From contig NMRA01000561.1 in NCBI GenBank assembly GCA_002633005.1, positions 72,570 through 118,514 on the forward strand: a stretch of 45,945 bases of DNA, in the 5' to 3' direction. A program made the position numbers and the translations under genes. The notes under the pieces are model-generated. The model saw only the letters and a program-made list of their open reading frames with translations, was not told where the DNA came from and ran no database searches. Below, piece after piece: positions 1-12,100 of the stretch. The DNA is from Phoronis australis (taxonomy: Eukaryota > Animalia > Phoronida). Positions within the stretch are counted from its first letter, which is position 1, and each line of letters begins with the position of its first letter.

Positions 1-32
<32 letters not shown>

Positions 33-62
33 TTGTGTGTGCACGCGGGCGTGTGTGTGGGT
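1..62. repeat. (GT)n microsatellite
   Basis: Visible GT dinucleotide run, interrupted. Confidence 0.95.
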
Positions 63-129
63 GAGTGAAAACAGTGCTCCCTTTACTTTGTTTACTGTCT
101 AAATGTTACCTTCTGCATAACTGGTATAC

Positions 130-809
130 ATGTGTTGTTGAACATGATAAACTACTTAAAAATCACATTAATACACTTTTCAAATTTGATGAAGATCCTG
201 CAGAGGGTTTGGGAGAAAGAGACACAGACACAGACACAGACACAAAAAAACTGCCACTTAGAGGTGCCACATCAATCCAAAATGACGGATAATCATCATC
301 AACCTTTCTCTTCACAATGGAAACATAAACGCCAATTTTCAAAATCATCTTTAAGAGATTTGGTTGATAGAGGGGCAAACAGCAAAAACAGACGAGAAAA
401 CTGTAAACTGCAACTACATTGAGCAAAATACGTCGAATTCATGTGAAAATGGAAAAACATGTCATCGTTTCTTCAATAGAGAGTTATTACCAAATTTCAT
501 AAAAATCCACAAAACTGTCACTAAGAGGCGCCACAGTAGTCGAAGTCATTGGAAAATCATCGTCAGCTGTTGGAGCAGGAACACATATGCCAATTTTTAC
601 AATCATCCTCAGAGTGGTTTGGTTGATTGAGGGGCGAACACCAAAAACAGATTAAAAAGTTCGTAACAAAGGCCACTAGGTGGCGCAAAATACCTCAAAT
701 CCATCCGAAAATGGGAAAGTCATGTCATCTCACTGATAGATAAGTATTTGACAAATTTTATGAAAATCCGTTGACAATCTTTGAAGATACAGAGGTGAAC
801 AGAAAAAAT
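130..809 (-). repeat. Internal repeat monomers of a second copy of the HINE-like element
   Basis: Same ~145-bp monomers (ccactaRGNGGYGC core, gtcatcgtc, ggtttggttgat) as in 810-2721, cut off by the terminus at 810. Confidence 0.7.
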
Positions 810-2721
810 ACAAGAGCAACGCGGAGCGTTGAAATGCACCCACGAATGCATTGCAACTGGTGTGCTTTTAGGGTAAATTATTTGTATCATAAAAATAGCC
901 TCTAGATGGCGCAAAAACATACAATCCATCCAAAAACAGGAACATGCCATATTTCATAAAAATCTGTCAAGGAACTTCAGAGAAACAAAGGAAAACAGAA
1001 TAAAATGAAATTGCCACTAGTGGGCACAGTGTCCGCTGGATCCGCCTGAAAGTCGTCATTGTCTGTTGTTATCTTCATATAAATACACTTACTAAATTTA
1101 ATAAAGATCCTGAAGCGGGTTTAGGAGATACAACTATGGGCGCAAAACAAAACTACCACTAAGAGGCGCCACAGTAGTCAGTCACCATCATCAAAGGTCG
1201 TCTTCACACTGAGAACACATATGCCAATTTTCAAATGATTTGGCTGATACAGGGGTGGACGCCAAAAACAAGATTTGAAAACAGCAAAAATGGCCACTAG
1301 GTGGTGCAAAATACCTCGATTCCATCCAAAAACAGGAAGACAGCATCATCACACCAATAGATGTCTATATTTAAAATTTTATGAAAATCTGTTGAGGACC
1401 TTTTAAGATACAGCGTTAAACGTAAAAAACTATAACTGCCACTAGGGAAACAGCAGTAGTCAGATCTGTCTGAAAGTCGTCGTCGTCCGTAGTCAACATC
1501 ATATCAACACACTTGCTTAATTAAGTAAAGATCCTGTAAACAGTTTAGGACACATCCATTAGTGCAAAAAAAACGCCACTAGGAGGCGCCCTAGTAGTCG
1601 AAGTCGTCAGAAAATCATCGTCGGCCGTCAACTTCATAGTAAAAACATACATGCCTATTGTCACAATTATCCTGAAAATGGTTTGGTTGATAAATTAGTG
1701 GATGCCAAAAAACTCGAAAACAGTAAAAATGGCCACTAAGTGGCACAAACTAGGTCGAATTCATCTGATAACGGAGATAAAGTGACAACTCATAAATAGA
1801 TGCCTATATGCCAAATTTTATGAAAATACAATGAGGAACTTTGAAGAAACAGAGGTAAACGTAAAAAATAAAATTGCCACTAGGTGGCACAACAGTTGTC
1901 AGATCTGTCCAAAGTTGTCGTCGTCTGTTGTTAACATCATATAAATATACTTGCTGAATTTTGTAAAAATCCTGTGAACGGTTTAGGAGATACAGCCATA
2001 GGCGCAAAAAAAAAAACAAAACTGCTACTAGGAGGCGTCACAGTAGTCGAAATCGTCGGAAAATCATCGTCAATCATCCTCTTCATAGTAAGAACATACA
2101 TGCCAATTTTCACAGTCATCCTTTGAGCGGTTTGGTTGATAGAGGGGTGGGCGCAAAAAAAAGACTCAAAACCAGTAAAAACGGCCAATAGGTGGTGCAA
2201 ACTATGTCGAATCTATCCGAAAATGAGAAGATAGCGTCATCTCACTAATAAGTGCCTACATGCCAAATTTCATTAAAATCAGCTAAAAACTTTTGAAGAT
2301 ACAAAGGTCAGCGTAAAAAAAATAAATTGCCATTAGGGGGCACACTGGTAGTCAGATCCGTCCAAACGTTCGCTCATGAAGTCCCATTCATGAATGGAAC
2401 ATATGTCCCAAATTTCATGAACGTATGTCAAAGGATTTTGGAGATAGAGCAGCAAATGCCGGACGGACGAAGATGACGGCAAAATGCGTCCACATGTAAA
2501 TATGTTGGCGCATAAAAATTGCTACTAGGGGGCACACTGGCACTTGGAGCTGTCCGAAAGTTCACTCGTACCGTCTTATCCAGGAAAAAAACATGAGCAA
2601 AACTTCATGAACATATATCAAAGGGTTTTAGAGACATAGCAGCGGATGTTGCATGCCAGAGGGACAGACAAGGATGACGGCATAATACGCCCACATATAA
2701 ATATTTATGGGCGCATAAAAA
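810..2721 (-). mobile_element. Non-autonomous Helentron/HINE (pearl/DINE-1-like) element with an internal ~145-bp tandem array
   Basis: Read on the minus strand: T-rich start, subterminal IR ATGCGCCCA (2708-2716) with stem-loop partner at 2686-2697, GTCC/GTCT microsatellite remnants (2461, 2662), degenerate tandem monomers in an A-B-C order (425-453 bp period), second subterminal IR (834-842), perfect hairpin CAACGC-GGA-GCGTTG (817-831) and CTTGT end. Confidence 0.75.
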
Positions 2722-3019
2722 TGCTAAATCTATGAAATGCATACAGGGGAAAAGCAACCAGAACAAATGTGGACTTAGATGAATTATTTAGATGCACTTA
2801 TGTAATCACAGTCTATATGTGCCATCAGTTTGTCAACTTTAAAGAAATCATTTTCCCACTAGTAACCAGGTGAACAGCATGCAATGTAGTCATTATCTCC
2901 ACTTCTCATGTTACTCTCAAATAACGCAGTTTCAATATCAACAGAACAAGTAACTTGCCACAAAGCATGGTAGGTAGGTACATATTACCCTTCATATTTC
3001 CACCCAATCGTCCTCTCAC

Positions 3020-3110
3020 CTTTTTCTCTTTAATCCACACTTCCAACTGAGCCTCGGGCAGGTAATAAGCCTTAATGTAACCTTCAACCAGCTCCCGGCC
3101 AGGGATGGGC
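3020..3110 (-). CDS. VPS50: VPS50 exon 21 ([30 protein letters not shown])
   Basis: TTGACAG| acceptor, AAG|GTGAGA donor, 91 nt; the terminal exon was not found in 1-3019. Confidence 0.94.
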
Positions 3111-6100
3111 CTGTCAATACACAAAATGACAGATTGCCATATGTTGGAATGTCTTGAACGCTAGCCAATTTACGACCAACTCATGCTGGCCAATTAATGA
3201 CCAGGTCACATGTAATGAAGGGAATGTCAAAGGCCTCTTTGTTTAGGGAACCGTTGGTCAGAAGGAATGCTTAAAACGACCCTTGACTCAAATCACAGAG
3301 CAGTTCAGCAGCAAACAAGAGAATGTACTGTGCAACTCCACGCCTTGATATAATGATAACGCTTGATGTTTAATCTTAGTGTGATCAAAGTTATCAACAG
3401 ATGTCGCTGTTAGCAATAACACGAGTTGTGTTCAACATTTGTAAATACTTTATTCACATATTCACCATTCTAATACTACAAACTGTTCATTTCAGTTATT
3501 ACCTGTACCTTCGCACATAAAAAATACGCATATTCAAAAACACTTCAGTTTAAAATCACAAAGCTACCTTGCAATAACCTGCTGCCATCAGTAGGTAATA
3601 ACTACCCAAGCCAGTGAGAAAGCTCCTTTAACTTGGCAGTTTATACTGACTTACGTCCAGTGGAGGATTCGACTCTGTGTGAAAAGGGCTCAAGAAACAG
3701 AATAAATTTTGTCAGCTACAGCTGAAGACTCGACTCACTGCATGTACAGCCCCTACCTGAGAGTTGTCAACTTCTCCAGTTTCATGAGGAACTGTTGAAA
3801 GTCTAGCTGCATCAGTGCCCTGCCCTCGTTGGTACACTTTCTGGCACTGGCATAGCCATCAACAAACGTTTTGGATGCCAGTCGCACGCAGTGCTCCCAT
3901 AATACATCTGTGGCTGACGCAGGTATGGGCACCCGTTTAGACACGTCAGATAATCTGGTGTTAAAGATCTGAAGTTCCTGTAATGACATGGTGCACCATG
4001 AGTAAGACACGTCATGAAGAGCTGAAAGTCGTGTTCATGTTTACGGCAGGACAAATTCTTTAAATGTACCGCAATTAAATGCACTCACAAAACTAAACAA
4101 GAAACTTAAAACAGAAAATGATACAACACATATTCAACATTCACACAATTCTACGCAGATAAAGCTTAAGGAAAGCTAACTGGGAAAATGGGAAGAATAG
4201 TTTTCCATGTTAAAAAATCCTCATATTTTGTACAAATTTACAAACTGACAAAATGATTAAGTGTTTCTAGTGAACCTAAATTAGTACGAATCTACACATC
4301 CAGCAAGTTTAGATGCTGATAATTATTCGTAAGAAATACAAGTAGCATAAAAGAAAAGGAAAAATAACAAAAGTCCAGAAATTGATGGTTTCACTGTAGA
4401 ATTCTACAAATACTTTTGGAAGCAATTATCACCTTTTCGTATTTATATCATTTAAGTATAGTTTTGAAATGAATGCTCTCCCATCTTCACAACTCCGGGG
4501 GCAATTACGGGGGGCAATTAAAGTTCTGCCAAAACCTGGTAAGCCCAAGGAATTTAAAAAAAAAATTGGTGATCCATTTCTTTATTACTATAAACTATAA
4601 AATTTTGTCATCCTGCTTAGCACAAAGATTGAAAGAGTTTCTTAAAAAATTGATTCACCCAGATCAGACAGGTTTTTTATCTGGTCAATTTAATGGTGAA
4701 AACAGCAGAATTCTTTATAGCATTTTGCATTTTACAGACTCAAGTAAACTTCCCGGATTTGTAACAATAGTGGATTTTGAAAAAGCATTTGATTCATTGT
4801 ACTGGAGTTTCGTGTTTAACGTTCTTAAGATGTTTGGGTTTGGAGAGACGTTTTTGTGAAAGGATAAAAATGTTAATTGAAAACTCACAACTTTCCGTCA
4901 TGCAAAATGGCTTTGCTTAACTTTTTCAAAATTCAATGAGGGTGCAAACAAGAGGACCCAATCTCGACTTACTTGTTTGTACTTTGCGTCAAAATTTTAG
5001 GCTACATATTTAGAAATAATAATTAAGTAAAGGGAATTAATTATGGACCTTGACAAGTAAAAATTCTACAGTATGCTGATGACACAAGAATTGCAACAGA
5101 TGATTATGACAAATCTCTCAAAAAGGCACTGGATCTTCTGGTCAAGAACAATTTGCTAAGTATTCACAAAGGTCTTACACTTAATATTAAAATAAAACAT
5201 TGCACATGGATTGGAACCAGAAAGTATGATAACTGATTTCACAAAAACTTTAAAATGATCAAAATAAGAATTTTCAACTTTGGGGAAAATTTAGCGCAAA
5301 TCTAGACGGAATGATTGGCTAGAACTTTAATGCACAACGTATTGATATTCAGAATATCTTACGCTGTTGAACCAGAAAATACCTCAGTGTTCTGGAAAAA
5401 ATTGTGTGATGAAATCTTTACTATTGCCAAATTTTATACGTCTTTTCTGAAATCTCCCATCATCAAAGGATGATATTACGAAACAACTGCAAATGTTTTC
5501 AGAGTTATAAAAATTGTGGTCTCAACATGGTTCATTTAGTTTCTTTTACAAAGTTTTTCAAGTAACATGGTTAACAAAGATGATACATGGACAAAATAAT
5601 TTGGCCTGGATATTTTGCGAAATTCAAGTCAAATTGACATTGAAAAGAAGTTCCATGGACATAACACAAAGGTTCAAATTGGAGGAAAACCAATATTTTA
5701 CCATACTTGGAATGAAAAGGGTGTGAGATTCTTAGGAGATTCTTAGGTGATTATTTGATGAAAACGGAAATTTCTTGTCAAACAACAATTTTAGAGACAG
5801 ATTTAGTTTTAAACCCCTTTTTACACTCTATTATGGATTGAAAACTTGCTTTAAATTAACTTTCAAAAGTAAAACATTTTCGAGTGCAAAAGCGTCTCAA
5901 CCAGTTATCCCACAACTTTGGTAAATTTTGGTGAAAAATTCAAAAGGTACTAGGGATATATTTTTTTAGAAACTTTGTTTCAAAAACCAAAAGGAAAATA
6001 CCACGGGAAAATACTTTTGGTTTTGCAAGATCAATGACCGAATGGAAGTTATGTTTCCAAATTCTGTTCGTTGTACTTCAAATGTTTGACTCAGATGGTT

Positions 6101-9100
6101 TCAGATGAGAAATCTACAGATTTTTAGCAACAAATAACTTTTTAATACGTATTGGTATTTCTCCAACTGGCCGACATACCTTTTGTAGGAATGAACCTGA
6201 AAGTTTAGAACCTTTGAACATTTATTTTGGGGTTGCTTTTTGGAAAAGAATAGCTGAATATTATATCAATACAAAAAACATCGATATATCGACAGCTTTT
6301 CAAACTGCTATATTTAGTAAAATTGGAAAAACGAACAAACTGTTGAATCTTATCATTCCTGTCTAAAAAGCAAATATACTGTAGAAAGTTGAAAGTAGAA
6401 CCTCAATCTATAACACTTTTCAAAAAAAGAATTAGAGATTTATTTACATTTGAAAAACATAATTATTGTAAAAATGGATTAGAAGACCCTATTTTTCTAA
6501 AGATGTCTGTTCTCTTTATAAAATTAATGCAGATTAGAAATGTACATTTGGTTTTTTTATTCGTGAAATTGAGTTTATGGTGAAATGTGTGCTTGTGCGT
6601 ACGTATGATGTGCCATTGGAGATTTCTGTCTTATTGCACCGTGTTATTATTGCACCGTGTTATTATTGCACCGTGTTATTATTGCACCGTGTTATTATTG
6701 CACCGTGTTATTATTGCACCATGTTATTATTGCACCGTGTTATTATTGCACCGTGTTATTATTGCACTGTGTTATTATTAGTTACAATGTTAAAAAAAAA
6801 CGTTGTTGTCAATTCAACATAACTGACCCTGAGTAGTGTATCAACATAACTGCTGTGTTCCGACATGATATCTTTGATGTCCCACTTCACTGCTGACATC
6901 TGGTGGAGCAGTTGGTCATCATCAATGACTTGTTCTGTGACCCCTCTGTAAACAGGCTGGCGTACCTCAGTTGCTATGGATACAGTCTGTAGAAAATGAG
7001 ATGTTGACAGCTTGTTTTGGCAAAAGGGGAGAAAATTATGGATGAACAGGTCATAGACTACCAGTTGTGTCAACACATCAAGCACTCCCCTATTCAAATA
7101 CCTCCAAATTCTTAAGGAATTTTTACATCATTTAGAGAACAAAGCAAACTGTAGCATAACTTGCACAAGCCAAGTCAACCTATCGTGTAAAGAGTGGAGG
7201 AAATGTTGCCACTAACAGTCCTTGATCTTCTCCAGTCTCTAAACAAGACATGATAGTCATGAAGATAAATGTATTTGTACTTAATGCTATTCAAATGCCA
7301 ACCAGTACGAATTGTTGCGAGACCAGTAACGATCATTTAGCATTACCAGAAGTGGATGTACCTTGTGAGATATTAAACTCAAGTGAAATCAATAACTATA
7401 TGTTGGTTGAACATCTCAACAGGAAATGACAAAACAGGAGTGCATTCAGTAAGGCTAGGACCTACGCTAGGACCTAGCTAAAATCTAGCCAAAGTCACAT
7501 GTTCTCATTTAAAATACATGGCCATATCTCACGTAATCTCACGAAGTCTTGCTTTTTAGCGAGGTCCTAGCATTACTGAACCGGAGGCAGAGTTGTTACA
7601 GGAAATTACAAAACAGAACTGTTACAGGAAATTCCAAAACAGAACAGCTCGACTACTTTATGGCATTTCTCCATATACTTTCAAAATTATTTGGAAAAAC
7701 AATTTATTATTCTTCACTAATTTCAGTTAAAAAATACCATTGGCATGCCGTTTTAAGGGCTTACGCGGACACTTTTTTTTCAAAGAACCCCTAAACCCTT
7801 TAGAGCCTGACTTTCATCCAATGAGATAAATGTATAGCTCATTGCTTACATCCCACACAAATGTCCCAGGCCGCCTGACCCATTTATGCAGTAAGTGAAA
7901 ACAACAACACTGTATGGACTTCAAAATACAACACCTTTATTAAGCTCAGTAACCCACAACATATATACATTTCCTGAAAGGCTATAAAATTATGCATTCA
8001 GTATCTTTAACGTTACAAAAGTCCAAAATTAGAGGAGAATGTCATAGTTTGAAAACCAATGATTTTTTTAAAATAAAATATTGTGATGAAATTTAAAAGG
8101 TTTGAAGTTCAATAATTTCACTTGAAGGCAATACAATGCAGGGTAATTTACAGAAATCTTATCTCAAATATATATTAATCAAATCCTGAAAGCTTGAACA
8201 TTTTTGCTTCAATGGTTTTCAAAAAAAATAAACAATTGTCATACTCACTATAAATCAGAAACCGGCTATGTACTTCTCACAAATGACACAATGCAAGAAA
8301 AGCATGTTCAACAGCTTAAATCCACTAATATCTCTATTTGCACTCTTGACATGATCACTTAACATTAGTTAAGTCACTTTTTCATTTTTTTCCTCTAAAT
8401 CGGAGCATTAGGGCGAGCCGGATCGTTGAACTGGTAATCTTCCATGTAATGATACCTGTGGAAATATAGAGCCGGACACATGTGCACTTTGCAAACAGTG
8501 CATACATATACAGTGTCCACTGTTTGCAAGTGAGCCCAGCAGGGAGACCGTTTCGATGTAACTTCAGGGCCATGATTTAGATTTCTTTCGGTTGGAGTGC
8601 AGTGTCCCAACTGCCACACCCCTCTCACATACAGGCACAGCATTGCCAACGATAAGCTCCTTTGCGAGTAATAAGGTATATTGTTTCATAGATATTTTCT
8701 TTCCCAGGCACATCTGGTAAAGCTAGTAAAAATTAACATATGTCCACAAGGTACCAAAATATCTTTAAAGGAGAATGCCACCCGATTTAATTAGTCTTTT
8801 TTGCTATCTTAATCGGTCTATATCCACATTGCCTTGCATACGGTCGGCCTCACCTTGCCGAGAGGTGTTGCATTAACCTGTAAGGAAGGTGAGAAACGAC
8901 ACAGCGACATCAGTGGTTCATTTGCAGAGTTAATGCCGCTATGTTGCGGTGCATCATTCCCGCTTGTCCGAACTATGCAGCCGCGAGGTATATCATTTTT
9001 TCGACTTCCTCGAGAGTTCGAAATGCTTAGGAAGTGGCTCGCGGTAGTGAAGAATGAAAAGTACGCTGTTAAAAGCAAGTATAAGGATGTGAAACATCTC

Positions 9101-12100
9101 TGTCTGTGGCCTGCAGTTGTTGCGGGACAGTGTCTGATGAATACCGGCTTACCAAATAACTATCCATACGTTCAGTTGTCTGAGCTTGTTCACGGCACCT
9201 GTCTAGTATTTCTTCATCACTGTATTCCTGTTCGAACTGATAGCCTGTAAAACTTACCGATCCACCTGCGAAGTCTTTGTCGGGATGAGCTCTCGTCTAA
9301 GTTGGAATTGCGAGTTGCATGCCACTGACATTTATTACTGAGCGTTCAAAATGAATTATTCTCACCCTCACCAATACTTATATAAAACTGAAACAAAGTC
9401 TGTCTCATTAGATGCAATTTGCAATGCCTTTGGATTGGAGTGTCCGTGAGAGCAAATGATTTGAGAAGCCAGCAATGAATAAATCACCGTGTGTTACCGG
9501 CTTTAGGTGCAATAAAACTAATTGACGGGACACCGAGGCCGCCGTGAGCTCATGCTAATTCAGTGTTTGCTGACAGAACTTGTTGTGAAACAACTCAATT
9601 TCTATCCCACGGCCAGGTGTTAGGGGAATCTTTATTTACATTTACATTATTCAAATAATGATTTTCAATGTACAACTTCTGCCCAGACAGTTCTGCCGTG
9701 GCCCCCTACGAGTAAGTAGATTTGCAGTTTCATGGCCTAATTTACCAACACAATCACGAGCACTTTACTTCTTTGGCTCACTAGTATAGTATTTTCTTGA
9801 CTGGAAGTTTAGTTTCCAACTTTGGCTGGTTTATGTTCGTGATGTCTGATGGGCTCAGCTTCCTAGCCACTCAGGCCGGAATAACGAGTCAGTCCAGCCA
9901 CGACGGGCCTGATCAGGCTCCGAGCCACTGGCCAGGATAACAAGCGTTTTGTGTGTTTAGAACTCAAAAAATCACAAGTCGAAAGAACACAGATCTAGGT
10001 TCTCCTGTCTGTATCTCACAGAAAGATACTTCGAATTTATCTCCGAACAGACCCCAAACTCCTGCTACGGACCTTATTGGCCTGCCGAACTTTGTAGTCT
10101 ACCAAACACCAATAAATCAGTAACAGCGAAATAAACTTGTAAACGTGTATTTTTAAGGGTTTTACATCGAAGTTTGATGATTTATTGGTGTTAAACGATG
10201 AATTCAAGCAATAAGCTGACACCAGTAACCCATGTTGTGAACTACTGAACAGACTGCGTGTGAAACCAATGACGTCATTGGATAATTTCAACACCTCCGT
10301 CTGCCGTCAGGTGTCAGGTAACGCAACCGTACGTGCTGATCTAAATTGATACAAATTAGGTTGTTTTTTTTTGGGTGGCATGCTCCTTTAAGTACCAAAC
10401 AAGTCCCCTCATCAATCGCTTGTGGCCATTGATCGTTTGATCTGAGAGATCAACCCACCCATATAAGAGTTGTACATGCCAATAGCTGCAGAACACGGGA
10501 CATCAATTTTAGCAAACTGACCATTTTGCTTGCTGGGGCGCGAGACGTTTTCAGACTCTTCCTTTACTGAGACAGTAGTAAGTAGAGTGACAAGCTTGTT
10601 GTCCTTCCACGACAACGCGGTCAGACTCTTTACACCGGTACTGTGAGCCGCCCCTTTTCACAGCCTTTACAGCCGCTGATGTCTTTTGCATAATCTAACT
10701 TAGCAATCCTTTTCTGTTTGTTTTAACCGTGCCACATGCCAAGGTGCCTTGGGACAAGAGGTCCTCAAAAAGGGGGATGTTGGTGTAAAAGTTATCCATA
10801 AAAATGGCGTGTCTCTTGTTTAAAAACGGTGATGAAACATTCATAACGTCGTGTGTTGCTACGTTGTCAGAAGCACCGCCAGCTTCTTTCCTTGTGTAAA
10901 CCTTCAGGTTCAGCACATGTCCAGATGCAGATTCAGAAAGCACAAAAACCTTTAATCCCCAATGAATTGGCTTGTTCCGCATGTACCGTTTAAATCCAAA
11001 TATGGATTTACAAGCGATCAAGGATTCATCAATTGGCTGCTCACGTTCAGGGCTGTACACACTGCGCAACTTGCCCACAATGATATCTAAAACAGGTCTC
11101 ATTTTGTGTAACTTATCATATGCAGGGTCTGACCTGTCAGTTATTGCTTAAGAGTTGTCAATAAAATAAATATACCTAAGAATGCTGAGGAATCTGTCAC
11201 ATCACTTTACTGAATCCTGGTGTTCCCGATAACCAATCCAGTGACCAGTAGTCCTTCATATTAATCTTTTTCACAACTCCCATTGTCATAAACAGTCCCA
11301 GCCAGGCTTGAAGATCACAGGTAAGTTCACTCCACTTACTTTTGTGTTTACTGGGATCTTTGGTTCTTTGTTGTGTTGCATATAGATTTGTCTGAGCAGT
11401 GATGAGTCTGAATAGAGCGTCAGAGAAAAACAGCTTGAACAGTTGAACGGGGGAAGCCGATTTCAACGAGTCCTGTCTGCCAAGAGAGTCGAGAGCTTCA
11501 GCAGACAGTCCTGGTGTTCCTCTAAATCGAATATTAACATCATTCCGTATATTCGCGTCACTACTCCACCCAGTTTGTGGCTCATGCACATCTCCCATAA
11601 AATTGTCGTCCACTTCAATTTTCGGTGCGTTGTCAAGGTCCTCCAAATCAAAATCGAGATCGGGTTCATTGTCCGAGTCCGGTCTTCTCAAATGTGACAT
11701 GTGGGGTCATATACCAGCTGAAATGTGACCAGGATCCCAACCACACCTACATTGGAGAAACCAAGAGACCGTTCCTTACCAGATTCAAAGAACATCTGAA
11801 ACTAGACAGACCAACAGCTGTGTGGGAACACATTTTGGCGACTGTGCACACCATCTCTATTGCGTCATACAGGATTCTAGCCAAGGAACAAAATTGGCAT
11901 ACTCGTAAGCTCAAAGAGGCCATAAACATCAACAGTCAGCACCCCCTCCTGAACCGGGACAGAGGACTCCACTTACCCCCTGTGTACTCCAGCATTCTTA
12001 ACGAGCGAAAGGCGGAAAATCCCTCATTCATTGACAACGACCTGGCGGACCAGGCCGAAACGTCTGTTAACAACCAACCACGTCTCTAAGTAAGTGACTT

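Noticed and set aside
6577-6822. Cys-rich repetitive ORFs, and similar ORFs at 13078-13269 and 14521-14895
   Set aside because: Translations of the 16-, 20- and 26-bp tandem repeats
8395-11700. Domesticated PGBD gene nested in VPS50
   Set aside because: Multiple frameshifts and stops plus a TE insertion indicate a dead transposon
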